Shown: positions 8,890 through 18,373, counted from the first letter of the stretch. The stretch: 37,980 nt of DNA from Candidatus Latescibacterota bacterium (GCA_965205655.1 CBDBIJ010000147.1:1-37980); one strand, 5' to 3'. The notes: generated by a model not told the origin, from the sequence alone. A program made the numbers and translations.

Positions 8890-9275
8890 CTACCCGACGC
8901 GGGCCTGGTGGCTCCGATAGTCTTCCAGCGCGGCGCTGATCGCATCTTCCGCGAGGACGGAGCAGTGGACTTTCATTGGGGGAAGGCCTCCGAGAGCCCG
9001 TACCACGTCCTCCTTCTGGATTCCTCCGATCTCATCCAGAGTCGAGCCGGTTACCATCTCCGTCAACATGGAGCCGGCGGCGATGGCGGCGGCGCAACCG
9101 AAGGTCTTGAAGGAGGCATTGACGGCCGTACCGTCTTCGATGCGCAAGGTAGAGATGGAGCACATCACCGCACGCCGAGTTCTCCGCCATTCCGACGGCG
9201 TTTGCCCCTTCGAGCACTCCGACGTTTCTTGGATTCTCGTAAGTGGTCCAGCACGGTTCCGTTATACAGCCCCAC
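8890..9275 (-). CDS. iscU: IscU/NifU-type Fe-S cluster scaffold; two +1 frameshifts (~9241, ~9148)
   Basis: Joined frames: VGLYNGTVLDHYENPRNVG...ENSACGDVL...FKTFGCAAAIAAGS...LPPMKVHCSVLAEDAI, with all three conserved Cys. Confidence 0.9.
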
Positions 9276-9308
9276 AGAGCACCCCCCGGCCTACCGGCCC
9301 GCATTGGA

Positions 9309-9337
9309 TATATACACCCCGTGCCCAGGCCTGTCAA
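9309..9337 (-). promoter_or_regulatory. Sigma70-type promoter of iscU
   Basis: Minus strand TTGACA-17 nt-TATATA, about 33 nt upstream of GTG 9275. Confidence 0.65.
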
Positions 9338-9427
9338 CCCGCGGACTTTGTCGCACAACTCACGTTATTACAAGATGTTAAGAATCGTAGCCTGAATTGA
9401 CACGGCGGCGCCGGAGCCACCGTCTTA

Positions 9428-9745
9428 TCACGCTTTCAAATCGATAGCGCCGGCGCTACTAGCGCTGTCCTGCCAGAATCTCCTCGCGATCACGACGAGC
9501 TCCCACATGATCGTCTCTTTGGCCAGTTTGTCGATGATCGCCAGAAATCGCTCTCCCTTCTCTTCGTCCACGAGACCCAGGCCATGCATCATGGTTAGAT
9601 GCTGGATCATTCCGGTCTGCAGCAGCGTTCGGTTCATCTCCGCCAGACCTATGTCGCTCTTTTCGTCGAACTCCTCCATAAGGCCCTCGTAGAGTTCAGC
9701 AAGGTCGGCAGACAGGGTGGTCTCGATCCTGAACATCCGGTCCAT
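9428..9745 (-). CDS. Hypothetical acidic helical protein, 105 aa
   Basis: GGGAAGGA RBS before the ATG, protein-like composition, followed by a GC hairpin (~9402-9424). Confidence 0.7.
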   Translation of the reverse strand: MDRMFRIETTLSADLAELYEGLMEEFDEKSDIGLAEMNRTLLQTGMIQHLTMMHGLGLVDEEKGERFLAIIDKLAKETIMWELVVIARRFWQDSASSAGAIDLKA

Positions 9746-9775
9746 CTTGCGGTCCTTCCCTCTCGCGGCGATGCG

Positions 9776-9924
9776 CTACTTCGTCATCAGGCGCCACCCC
9801 TACGTAAATGGCTGCTGCCACCAATAGCACTGAAAGCAGTGCCCCATACGAACCCCAGCAACAATTTGAGAGCCAGCACGCCCCCCACCACAAGCAGGAC
9901 GCCTCCGGCGATTTTCGTTAACAT
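9776..9924 (-). CDS. Small membrane protein (~48 aa); two extra G in G-runs
   Basis: Strong RBS (GAGGAAGCTGGAG) before ATG 9924. Removing one G from each of two G-runs gives MLTKIAGGVLLVVGGVLALKLLLGFVWALLSVLLVAAAIYVGWRLMTK*. Confidence 0.6.
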
Positions 9925-9998
9925 ATCTCCAGCTTCCTCTCTGTCGGGGACGCCCGGCGATGGAACCTCGCGATGTTGGGCCAGGAAAATAGCGAATC

Positions 9999-11453
9999 AT
10001 GACAGCCAACGCTCCAGCTCTGTACGGGCTGGCGATTATACCTGCTCGCCATGCTCGCCATCGGACTCTTATGCGAGCCGCAAAGTAGGCAGCTCCTCAG
10101 ATTTTATCCTCGCCGGCAAGCGGCTGTCGCTGCTTCTGTGCTCTGCCACCCTGGCGGCGACCTGGTTTGGCGGCGGCCTCTGTATCGGGGCCGCCGGCGC
10201 CGCCTACGGCGGTGGATTCCTGGCCGTTATCGCCGATCCGTTCGGCGCCGCCCTCTGCCTCTTCCTGGCCGGTGCGTTTTACGTGCGGATCATGCGACGC
10301 ATGGGGCTGATGACGATCGCCTCGTTCTTCACGAACCGGTATGACGATCGCGCCGGTGTGCTGGCCAGCCTCTGCACTGTTCACGGCGTACGTCGGCTGG
10401 GTGGCGTCGCTGCTCGTCGCCTTCGGCCGAATCCTGCAATCGCTCACAGGACTGGATCCCACCGTCAGTATCTGCATTGGCGCCGCCATCGTCGTCGTGT
10501 ACACCTTCGCTGGTGGAATGTGGGCCGTCACCCTCACGGACTTCGTGCAACTGTTGATCCTCATTGCCGGCATGGTGATCATCACGCCGCTTCTGCTTTC
10601 GGACATGGGCGGTTGGCAGGAGATTTCCAGCCGCATCCCCGACGAAAAGTTCGATCTCTTTCCGAAAGACGGTAGTTCAGCAGCGTGGCTGAGCTATGCC
10701 AGGGATTGGCTCGTCATCGGCCTGGGCAATCTGGCCGGCCAAGATCTCATCCAGCGCTCGCTGTCCAGCCGCGACGAACGGGTCGCCTATCGAAGCGCCT
10801 ACGTGGCCGGCTGGATCTACCTGACGATCGGCATGCTTCCCGTATTGCTCGGAATGGCCGGAGCCGTCGTACTGCCGGGCCTGGAAAACCCCGACATGGT
10901 GATGATGGAACTGGCCTCGAAGTATCTCCCGACGGCGGCCCTCATCCTGTTTACAGGAGCCCTCGTATCGGCTCTGCTCAGCAGTGCCGACAGCGCCCTG
11001 TTGGCCCCGGCAAGCGTCGTCGGCTGGGACCTTCTCCGCCAACTCAAACCCCGCGCCAGCGAGGCGACCTCCCTGGCGGCATCTCGCTGGGCGTTGGTCG
11101 TTTTCGCGTTCGCCTCCGTCATCCTGGCTCTCTACCGGCAGACGGTCTACGAGCTCATGGTCGACTCCTGGTCCGTCCTGCTAGCCACCCTCTTCGTGCC
11201 TCTCACAGCTGGAATCTGGTGGCGTCGAGCCAATGCTCCTGGCGCGCTGAGCGCAGTGGGCACCGGACTGTGCGCCTGGCTGGCTCTGTCGCGCTTCGCT
11301 CCCAGTCTCCCGGGCGATCTCCTGGCCGTTCCGGTCGGCGCCCTGGCCATGATCGTCGTCAGTCTCGCTACCCAGCAATCACATCCGGCGCGAGCCCTCA
11401 CAGATCAGCAAGGCCAGACCGTGAAATACGAGCGTCGGCTGGGCTGGTCGTAG
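9999..11453 (+). CDS. Sodium:solute symporter (SSS/SLC5) family transporter; three +1 frameshifts (~10037, ~10069, ~10380)
   Basis: DFILAGKRL, AATWFGGG, YTFAGGMWAVTLTDFVQ, QDLIQRSLS and SALLSSADS. The joined product is ~483 aa with many TM helices. Confidence 0.92.
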
Positions 11454-11459
11454 TCGCGG

Positions 11460-11495
11460 CGATAGGCGGTGTCGCGCAGCGAGTTGCGCCTATCG
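11460..11495. other. Stem-loop directly after the SSS stop codon
   Basis: CGATAGGCG...TCGC-GCA-GCGA...CGCCTATCG; no U-tract. Confidence 0.45.
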
Positions 11496-11626
11496 GGAGA
11501 GTGTCGCCAACCTCGTTTTGCGGAACTGCTGGCGGCATGTCATTTTCTATATCGCCAATCCATCGGGAAACGCACCAGCACGTCCGCGGTGCAGACCCCA
11601 TCACCGTGTAGAAGGAGGTCGAACGG

Positions 11627-12514
11627 ATGTTCAGCGGGAGAATCTTTAGAGCCGCTTCAGCTTCGATCGGGCTCGTCTTCGGCTCCTGCGCCGAGCCCGA
11701 ATCTCAAATCACCAGCGCCGACGGATCTGTCATGGTCTACGTCCCAGGCGGTGAATTCCTCATGGGATCTGCCGAGAGCGATCTGGAAGCGCATCCGGAC
11801 CCGAATCTGTCTTTCTTCCTATCGGAGAAGCCGCTCCACCGTGTGCACATCAGTCCTTTCTACGTCGACAGATTCGAGGTTACGAACGCCCAGTACGTCG
11901 ATTTCTTCACGGCGTTCAATGCCACTCGGGACAGCACTTTGCTGCATCCAGAACACCCAGATGGACTGGGATTCGAGGCCAAGCACGTCACCCCGGCACT
12001 GATAAGGGAAGACGAGCAGCCTGTGATTTCGGCCACCTGGTTTGCCGCCTACGCCTACTGCCGATGGGCTGGCAAGCGCCTGCCCACCGAAGCGGAATGG
12101 GAGTACGCCGCGCGCGGTGGTGACGACCACTACCGGAAATACCCATGGGGCAACATCGAGCCGGATGCCGACGTCGTCTGGCCGGTAAACTACAGCCCTG
12201 ATGACGGACACGATATGGACGGGATCTCGGTGACCGCTCCAGTGGGTTCGTTCCCCGACGGGGTCAGCTACTTCGGGATTATGGATATGGCCGGGAATGC
12301 TCAGGAGTGGGTTGCGGATTGGTTTGCCGAGGACTACTACAGCCAATCCGATGGTGCACGCGATCCGACTGGCCCCGCGGAGGGCAGCTACAAGGTCCGG
12401 AAGGGTGGTTCATACAAGTCTAGCCGCTACCATATTCGCATCGCTTCACGGGAATACGGGCGCCCCCATCACAGCACGGCCTCTGTGGGAATCCGCTGCG
12501 CCCGCGACCCATAG
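11627..12514 (+). CDS. FGE-sulfatase (SUMF1/EgtB/PvdO-like) domain protein, probably exported or lipoprotein
   Basis: AAGGAGG RBS; MVYVPGGEFLMGS, EVTNAQY, RLPTEAEWEYAARG, YPWG, DMAGNAQEW, KGGSY and GIRCAR; hydrophobic N-terminus ending FGSC. Confidence 0.9.
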   Translation: MFSGRIFRAASASIGLVFGSCAEPESQITSADGSVMVYVPGGEFLMGSAESDLEAHPDPNLSFFLSEKPLHRVHISPFYVDRFEVTNAQYVDFFTAFNATRDSTLLHPEHPDGLGFEAKHVTPALIREDEQPVISATWFAAYAYCRWAGKRLPTEAEWEYAARGGDDHYRKYPWGNIEPDADVVWPVNYSPDDGHDMDGISVTAPVGSFPDGVSYFGIMDMAGNAQEWVADWFAEDYYSQSDGARDPTGPAEGSYKVRKGGSYKSSRYHIRIASREYGRPHHSTASVGIRCARDP

Positions 12515-12609
12515 GACCCCTCACCATTCTTGACACTCGTGACCGTGTTCCGTGATTTATTCCGCCTGAGGGCAACCGCCATCATGACAACAAACCCGAG
12601 GATTTCATC

Positions 12610-14020
12610 ATGAAGATGCACATATGTGGAGGATGGGTGGACAAGGAAGACAAGATTGAGGTCCACAATCCGTTCGACGGCTCCGTCGTCGACACGATTC
12701 CGCGAGCCGACTCAGACGATGTTGAGCGAACCCTTGCGACAGCCGTGCGCGGAGCCAAGATCATGGCTGCCATACCCGGATATGAGCGGTATCAGATTCT
12801 CCACAAGGCAGCCGAGCTGATGACGGAACGGCTCGAGGATCTGGGCCGCACCATCACTCTCGAGGAAGGCAAGATCATCTCGGAAGGTCGCGGGGAGGCC
12901 GCCAGAGCCGTCGAGACAATCACGCTGTCGGCGGAGGAAGCCAAGCGTCTCACCGGAGAGACCCTGGGACTCGACGGGGCCTCGAACGGAGCCGGGAAGT
13001 TCGGCCTCACGATTCGCGTTCCCTGCGGCGTCGTTCTGGCTATCACTCCGTTCAACTTTCCGCTCAATCTCGTGTGCCACAAGGTGGGCCCCGCCCTCGC
13101 GGCTGGAAACTCAGTGATCGTCAAGCCCGCCACGGACACGCCCCTATCGGCGTTGAAGCTGACGGAGATCATGCTCGAAGCAGGCGTTCCACCAGAGGCG
13201 ATCCAGTGCATAACGGGTTCGGGCGCGGTTGTCGGGGACGCGCTGAGCGCTGATCCCCGAGTGCGGAAAATCTCCTTTACCGGCAGCCGCGACGTTGGAG
13301 AACACATATGCAAGAACGGAGGTCTCAAGAAAGTGACGATGGAGCTCGGCTCCAACGCTCCGCTCATCATCATGTCGGACGCCGAGATGGAGAAGGTCGC
13401 CGACGCCACGGCCATGACTGGATTCGCCAATGCCGGTCAGGTTTGCATCTCATCACAGCGTGTGCTCGTCAACGACCGTGTCTACGGCGACTTCATCGAC
13501 GCCCTCAAGCCGAAGGTGGAAGCGCTATCCACTGGCAATCCGCTCGAAGAGTCAGTCAAGATGGGTCCAATGATTCGCGAGCCGGATGCCGTGCGGGTGA
13601 ATGAATGGATAAGCGAAGCCGTCTCGAGCGGTGCGACCCTCGTCACTGGAGGCGGGCGCGCGGGCACCATGCACGAGCCCACCATCGTCGCCGACGTTGA
13701 CCCAAAGATGCGGATTTCCTGCGACGAGCTCTTCGGACCGGCAGTCGCCGTCTCCCGCTTCGACGACATCGACGCCGCTATCGCCATGGCAAACGACTCA
13801 AATTACGGCTTGAGCGCCGCCATTTTCACCCAGAGCGTGGACTCGGCGATGAAGTTCGCCCGGGAGGTGCACTCCGGAAGCCTGCACATCAACTGGGGAA
13901 CGGTATGGCGGGCGGACATGATGCCCTACGGGGGGCTCAAGGATAGCGGTATGGGTAAAGAGGGGCCCCAAGTACGCGGTGGAGGAGATGTCAGAGACGA
14001 AATTGGTTGTTTTCCATTAG
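12610..14020 (+). CDS. NAD(P)-dependent aldehyde dehydrogenase; +1 frameshift at ~13966, true end ...GKEGPKYAVEEMSETKLVVFH*
   Basis: ITPFNFPLNL, SFTGS, ELGSN, catalytic GQVC, ELFGP and PYGGLKDSGMGKEG. Span is 1411 = 1410+1. Confidence 0.93.
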
Positions 14021-14047
14021 AGGTATTCGTCCCCTTGGAGGTTTGGG

Positions 14048-15058
14048 CTACGCCCGGACCTCAAGAGACTCGGCGTTAGACGAGTCTCCAGACTCGGCGG
14101 CACTCTCGCTTTCCCTCCTGAAGCTGAGGGCGTCGACGATCATCTGCACGACGTCGTACTGCGGCTGAAAACCCAGATATCGCTTCGACTTGCTCAAGTC
14201 GAATTCGTAGAACGTCGGGATTCCACCCGGTGCGGCCTCGATCACCGGTATCTGCAAGATCTCCGACAGCCGATAGACTGCTTCGTCCCAGGTGAAGGGC
14301 TTGGGCCCGGCGAGTTGAAAGACCTCACCGAAGGCCCGCTCCCTTCCCATTGCACGGACGCACCCCTGGACGATGTCGCGCACGTCTGAGACGTGTTTCT
14401 TATAAAACCTACCTCGGTCGTCCTTGAGCGCGACGAGTCGCTCCTCCCCCTGCCACAGGCGCTCGAGCGCGGGATTGCCCGCGTACAGTTCACTCAGATA
14501 AAACTGCGGAAACTGCAGGATCTCATCAGCCGCAAACACGCTCGCGAACCGTAGAATTGTCAGCGGCAGCGAGTAGGAGTGCCAGTAGCCCATACACAGC
14601 TCTTCGGCCACCGCCTTCGACATGGCATACGGTCCCGTTGCGACTCGAGGTGCCCGCTCCGTGATGGGCTCCTCCATTCCACCTGGGACATATTTGTGGT
14701 AGAGCGCATCCGTGCTCGCGAAGATGAGGTGGGGTACTGTGCCTCGAGCGCGGGCTGCCTCCAGGACATTGAAGGTTCCACCCACATTGATGTCGAAAAA
14801 GTCCTGCTCGCTGAACGGCCCCCCCGCCTGAAACGCGGCACCGAGATGAAACACCACTTCAACGCCATTCACAGCCCGCGTTACATCATCTCTGTCGGTG
14901 AGGCCGCCTCTGATGAGCTCGAGGTCCATACCTGAGAGCTTCTCGACTCCCGGATCCTGCGGCCACACCAGCCCACGAACTGAATGACCGCTGCTCGCAA
15001 GCTCAGCCGCCAGTTCCGCCCCGATGCGCCCGGTAATGCCTGTGACGAGGACGTTCAT
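14048..15058 (-). CDS. NAD-dependent epimerase/dehydratase (extended SDR)
   Basis: VLVTGITGRIG, VFHLGA, NVGGTFNVLEA, YAMSK (YxxxK), LRFASVF. Confidence 0.92.
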   Translation of the reverse strand: MNVLVTGITGRIGAELAAELASSGHSVRGLVWPQDPGVEKLSGMDLELIRGGLTDRDDVTRAVNGVEVVFHLGAAFQAGGPFSEQDFFDINVGGTFNVLEAARARGTVPHLIFASTDALYHKYVPGGMEEPITERAPRVATGPYAMSKAVAEELCMGYWHSYSLPLTILRFASVFAADEILQFPQFYLSELYAGNPALERLWQGEERLVALKDDRGRFYKKHVSDVRDIVQGCVRAMGRERAFGEVFQLAGPKPFTWDEAVYRLSEILQIPVIEAAPGGIPTFYEFDLSKSKRYLGFQPQYDVVQMIVDALSFRRESESAAESGDSSNAESLEVRA

Positions 15059-15118
15059 CTGTGGCCCGTTGCCCTTTCAACGTAGGGATGGCGCTGCGCC
15101 TGTGATGGGCGGATAACG

Positions 15119-15153
15119 AAAAGAGGGCCGCCCAAGCGGGCAGCCCTCTTTTT
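15119..15153. terminator. Intrinsic terminator, potentially bidirectional, downstream of the barrel gene
   Basis: AAAAGAGGGCCGCCC-AAGC-GGGCAGCCCTCTTTTT, a GC stem flanked by A and T runs. Confidence 0.8.
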
Positions 15154-15179
15154 CGGTCTATTGTCTGTGCTACAGCAGT

Positions 15180-16142
15180 CTAGAACGTGCGGATCAACGA
15201 GAATCGGTGGGTGCCGTTCGTCTCGGTCAGATCGAGGGGGATGTGATACCCGTAGTCGAGCAGCATCTTCTCTCCCCAACTGTAGCCCAACCCGGCGTTC
15301 AGATCGCCGCTGGCGTCGTCTTCGAAGATCTTGCTGCCGCTGGCGCGCAGCAGCAGCCCCTCGACCAGCACCGTCTCGCCTCCGACCACCAGCCGCTTGT
15401 CCGTCTCACCGGACAGATCGCGCATCGCCCACTGCACCGACAGCATCGAGGCGTCGGCCACGCTGAACGACACCCCCACGTTCAGATCCCTGGGCAGATC
15501 GCCGTCGTCCGGTTCAAGCGCTGCATTCGGCGAGCAGGAGGCCCCGCAGGCCACGTTCGGCACCAGCGCGTTCTTGTACTGCACCCCCAGCTTCGCATCG
15601 CGGAACGGCGTATTCCACAAAATCCCCACGTCGGCGCCGATCGAGCCCTGGCTCTGGTTGGCCACCGGATCCGGCCTCCCGTTGTCGTCGGGAATGTCGC
15701 CCACGCTCCAGAACACATACTTCCCCGTCACCCCCAGGTGCAAATTCTTGTTCAGGCGATACGACAGGCCGAAAAAAGCCCCGTTCTCGCTCATCAGATC
15801 CGAGCCGATGCGCTCGTAGCCCAGACCAAGACCCAATCGCGACCCCAGCGGACGGGCGTAGCTGGCCACGTGCTGACCCAGATTGTCGCCGTCGATGCCC
15901 GAAAACAGAATCGACACATTCGTGTATGACAGCTGCCCGCGCTCGATCTGACCCAGCCCCGCCGGATTGGCAAACACGGCATCGCCGTTGTCCGCCACCG
16001 CCACGAAGGCGTTGCCCAGAGACGCCGAGCGCGCACCAGCGCCGATGCTCTGGATGTTCACCACCGCATCGGCACTGACAGCAAGGGTGAGAATCGAAAA
16101 CAGAGCGATTGAGAACATGGGAAATGTTGCATTGCGGCGCAT
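15180..16142 (-). CDS. Outer-membrane beta-barrel, PorV/PorQ (FadL-like) family, 320 aa
   Basis: AGGAGG RBS, signal peptide ending ADA, GAGARSASLGNAFVAVAD...NPAGL N-terminal signature, alternating beta strands, C-terminal HRFSLIRTF. Confidence 0.85.
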   Translation of the reverse strand: MRRNATFPMFSIALFSILTLAVSADAVVNIQSIGAGARSASLGNAFVAVADNGDAVFANPAGLGQIERGQLSYTNVSILFSGIDGDNLGQHVASYARPLGSRLGLGLGYERIGSDLMSENGAFFGLSYRLNKNLHLGVTGKYVFWSVGDIPDDNGRPDPVANQSQGSIGADVGILWNTPFRDAKLGVQYKNALVPNVACGASCSPNAALEPDDGDLPRDLNVGVSFSVADASMLSVQWAMRDLSGETDKRLVVGGETVLVEGLLLRASGSKIFEDDASGDLNAGLGYSWGEKMLLDYGYHIPLDLTETNGTHRFSLIRTF

Positions 16143-16195
16143 GAATCTGGCCTCCTGTAAAGCCCTGGGTTTCTGGACACTGATTTGGCGGATGG

Positions 16196-17103
16196 TCAGG
16201 CCGCCTTGGACAACTCCTGCTGGAAGCTCCGGCGCACCTGGTTTGGCGTCTGATAGTTGTGTCGCTCGAGGAGCCACTTCTCGTTGTAGACTCTCTTGAA
16301 TTCGAGCAGGGCAAGACGGAGCTCTTCGACCGTGGCAAAGTATCGGACCCACAGGAGATTCTCCTTGAGGGTGCGGATGAATCGCTCGGAGCAGCCATTG
16401 CCCTCCGGGGCACGCACGAAGCTGGGCGACGACTCGATGCCCAGGAAGTCGATCTGTTTCTGGAAGTGGTCGGACATGTACGCAGAGCCATGATCGTGGC
16501 GCAGCTGCAGCCCCCCGGCGATACCCTTGTCGCCGCCGCCGGAGTGTTCGCGGACTCCCTGGTGGATCGGCTCCAGGGCCTCGAAACGGTCGCCTGTGGC
16601 GCTGCATGAATGCCGATGCACTCCGAGCTGCAGTGGTCGACAGCCACGAAGACCGTAGCTGTGCCTTCGCCGGTGGTCACGGTGGTGGTCAAGTCGGTTC
16701 CCCACATCTGGTCTGGTCGCTCGGTGGTGATCGTCCCGTCGTGTGCTTGCGGGCCCCTTGGCTGGCCGGCGCGTTGCGGCACCTGCAGGCCGTGCTCGCG
16801 CATCACACGGCGTACGCGTTCCTTCGAGGTGCGGATGTCCTGCGCCCGCAGCTGGGCCCACATCTTGCGGTAGCCTTCCCCGTGAAAGGGGGACGCCTTC
16901 AGCAACTCGCGAATCTTCTCAGCTAGCTCATCGTCGGTACACGGCCCTTGGGGACCTCGTTTCTTCCGCTCAAGACGCTCCTCCGGACGCAGAGCCGCCC
17001 GACGCCGATGCTCGTGGACGGTGGAGCGAGGAAACTGCCAGACCCGACACACACGCTGCAGCCTGTACGGCCGCTTCCTGGAGGGCGACTGGGTCTGGCT
17101 CAT
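16196..17103 (-). CDS. IS3 OrfB, DDE integrase-core transposase; one -1 indel at ~16592
   Basis: GYRKMWAQL, WGTDLT, LRHDHGSAY and PEGNGCSERFIRTLKE; ATG overlaps the orfA TGA (ATGA). Confidence 0.9.
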
Positions 17104-17453
17104 CGCTTCGACCTCCGGGATGCCAAAGGGAGTCCATCCTCCAGGCGATGGATCTTGGACTCCAGCAACTCGTTGTCCATCGTCAGATCCCCCACCTTCG
17201 CTTTCAGGCGGGCGATCTGTTCATCCCGCTCATCACGGGTACGGCTGTGCAGAGCTGACTCACCCCCACCCAGGAACTGCTCGCGCCACTCACTCAGCGT
17301 GGCTGCCATCACACCCAACTCCCGGGACAGGACCTCCAGGTCCTCCCCACGCAGCAGGCGCAACACCGCCTCCTGCTTTCGACGAGCGGAGAATCGGCCG
17401 ACCCGAACACCCTTCTTCTGCTTAGTCATCTCGAACACTCCTTTCAGGTCCAT
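17100..17453 (-). CDS. IS3 OrfA, HTH transposase subunit
   Basis: RFSARRKQEAVLRLLRGEDLEVLSRELGV...LSEWREQF HTH followed by a leucine zipper (IARLKAKVGDLTMDNELL). The real start may be MTKQK, which has an AAAGGAG RBS. Confidence 0.9.
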   Translation of the reverse strand: MDLKGVFEMTKQKKGVRVGRFSARRKQEAVLRLLRGEDLEVLSRELGVMAATLSEWREQFLGGGESALHSRTRDERDEQIARLKAKVGDLTMDNELLESKIHRLEDGLPLASRRSKR

Positions 17454-17543
17454 GTGGACCCTCTAATGTGTCCAAGAAAACCCTGGGGCGCTGGACTCCT
17501 TCAATACTGGTCACGTCGCTTTCGAGAATGCAGCCTCCTCTGG

Positions 17544-17572
17544 AAGATAGTTCAGGTATGAGAGTGGGGCAA
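17544..17572 (-). promoter_or_regulatory. Likely original sigma70 promoter of the PorV-like gene, now upstream of the IS3
   Basis: Minus strand TTGCCC-17 nt-TATCTT, about 45 nt upstream of the duplicated GGAG. Confidence 0.45.
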
Positions 17573-17686
17573 GCGCTTTCCAGCGTTGCCGAGCCCAATG
17601 AGAATCACTATATGCGAAAAAGGCGTAAATAAATGTATAATCAACAAGTTGGGTTTCGTTAAGGGCTGCAGAGTGCGGCGACACCT

Positions 17687-18373
17687 CTAGGTCTTTCGCG
17701 CCACGTATCTGACGATCAGGTCGACTGCATCTTCTACATCCATCTTGCCGGTGTTGATCGTGAGGTGATACAACAACAGGTCGTCCCAGTTGGCATCGTG
17801 GTAGTTCTTCAGATACAGTTTGCGCCAGCGATCGTGTTGCTGAACGAGCTCCCTGGCGGTTTCCTCGTCGGCGCCCTGCGACTCGATGACGCGTCGGCAG
17901 CGGTCTTCGAGCGGCGCGATTACCTTTACGTGAAAGGCGTTCGCATAGTTGGCGAGTATCACTTGACTCGCGCGCCCGACGATGACGACTCTCCCGGCGT
18001 CGCCGAACTCCTGAACGAGGGTGGTGATGAGCAGCTGATACGTGCCCCGATCGAGATACGTGGCCGCCTCTGGATTGTCGCGCTCCATAACGTAGGGAAA
18101 CTCGAGCCCGAACTCAGGGAAATACGCTGCTGACGACAGCGGGAATCCTCCCGGGCTCATCTCCGGAACGAGCAGCCGCTTGAGGAAATATCGGACTCGC
18201 CCCTCGCCCTTCTCGTCATACTTCTCGACGTCATCGGCGGAGGCGTCGGTTATGTTGGCGATCTCCTCAACGAGGCGACGGTCGATGTATTCGTATCCGA
18301 GAACCTCCGTCACGCGCTCGGCGATCCGATCGCCATTGCTCCCCAACTGTCGCGCCATTGTAACTACGGGCAT
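17687..18373 (-). CDS. Cytidylate kinase-like family protein (Cytidylate_kin2 type)
   Basis: VVTMARQLGSNG, YEYIDR, VVIVGRAS, HVKVIAPLEDR, YHLTINTGK. Confidence 0.88.
   Translation of the reverse strand: MPVVTMARQLGSNGDRIAERVTEVLGYEYIDRRLVEEIANITDASADDVEKYDEKGEGRVRYFLKRLLVPEMSPGGFPLSSAAYFPEFGLEFPYVMERDNPEAATYLDRGTYQLLITTLVQEFGDAGRVVIVGRASQVILANYANAFHVKVIAPLEDRCRRVIESQGADEETARELVQQHDRWRKLYLKNYHDANWDDLLLYHLTINTGKMDVEDAVDLIVRYVARKT

Larger units (their letters stand above)
16156..17495 (-). mobile_element. IS3-family insertion sequence (1340 bp) with 4-bp target duplication CTCC
   Basis: Imperfect terminal IRs TGTAAAGCCCTGGGTTTCTGGACAC versus TCCAGCGCCCCAGGGTTTTCTTGGACAC; CTCC at 16152-16155 and 17496-17499; orfA plus orfB inside. 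Confidence 0.9.

Noticed and set aside
11627..12514. FGE/CLec-fold protein as a diversity-generating retroelement target
   Set aside because: No reverse transcriptase and no template repeat of its 3' end seen in the window
12530..12560. TTGACA upstream of the aldehyde dehydrogenase as a promoter
   Set aside because: No convincing -10 hexamer at 16-18 nt spacing
15180..17103. Track ORFs 15180..16607 and 15514..17103 as transposase-porin fusion proteins
   Set aside because: They result from read-through in off-frames caused by the IS insertion and one indel; the barrel has its own RBS and ATG at 16142
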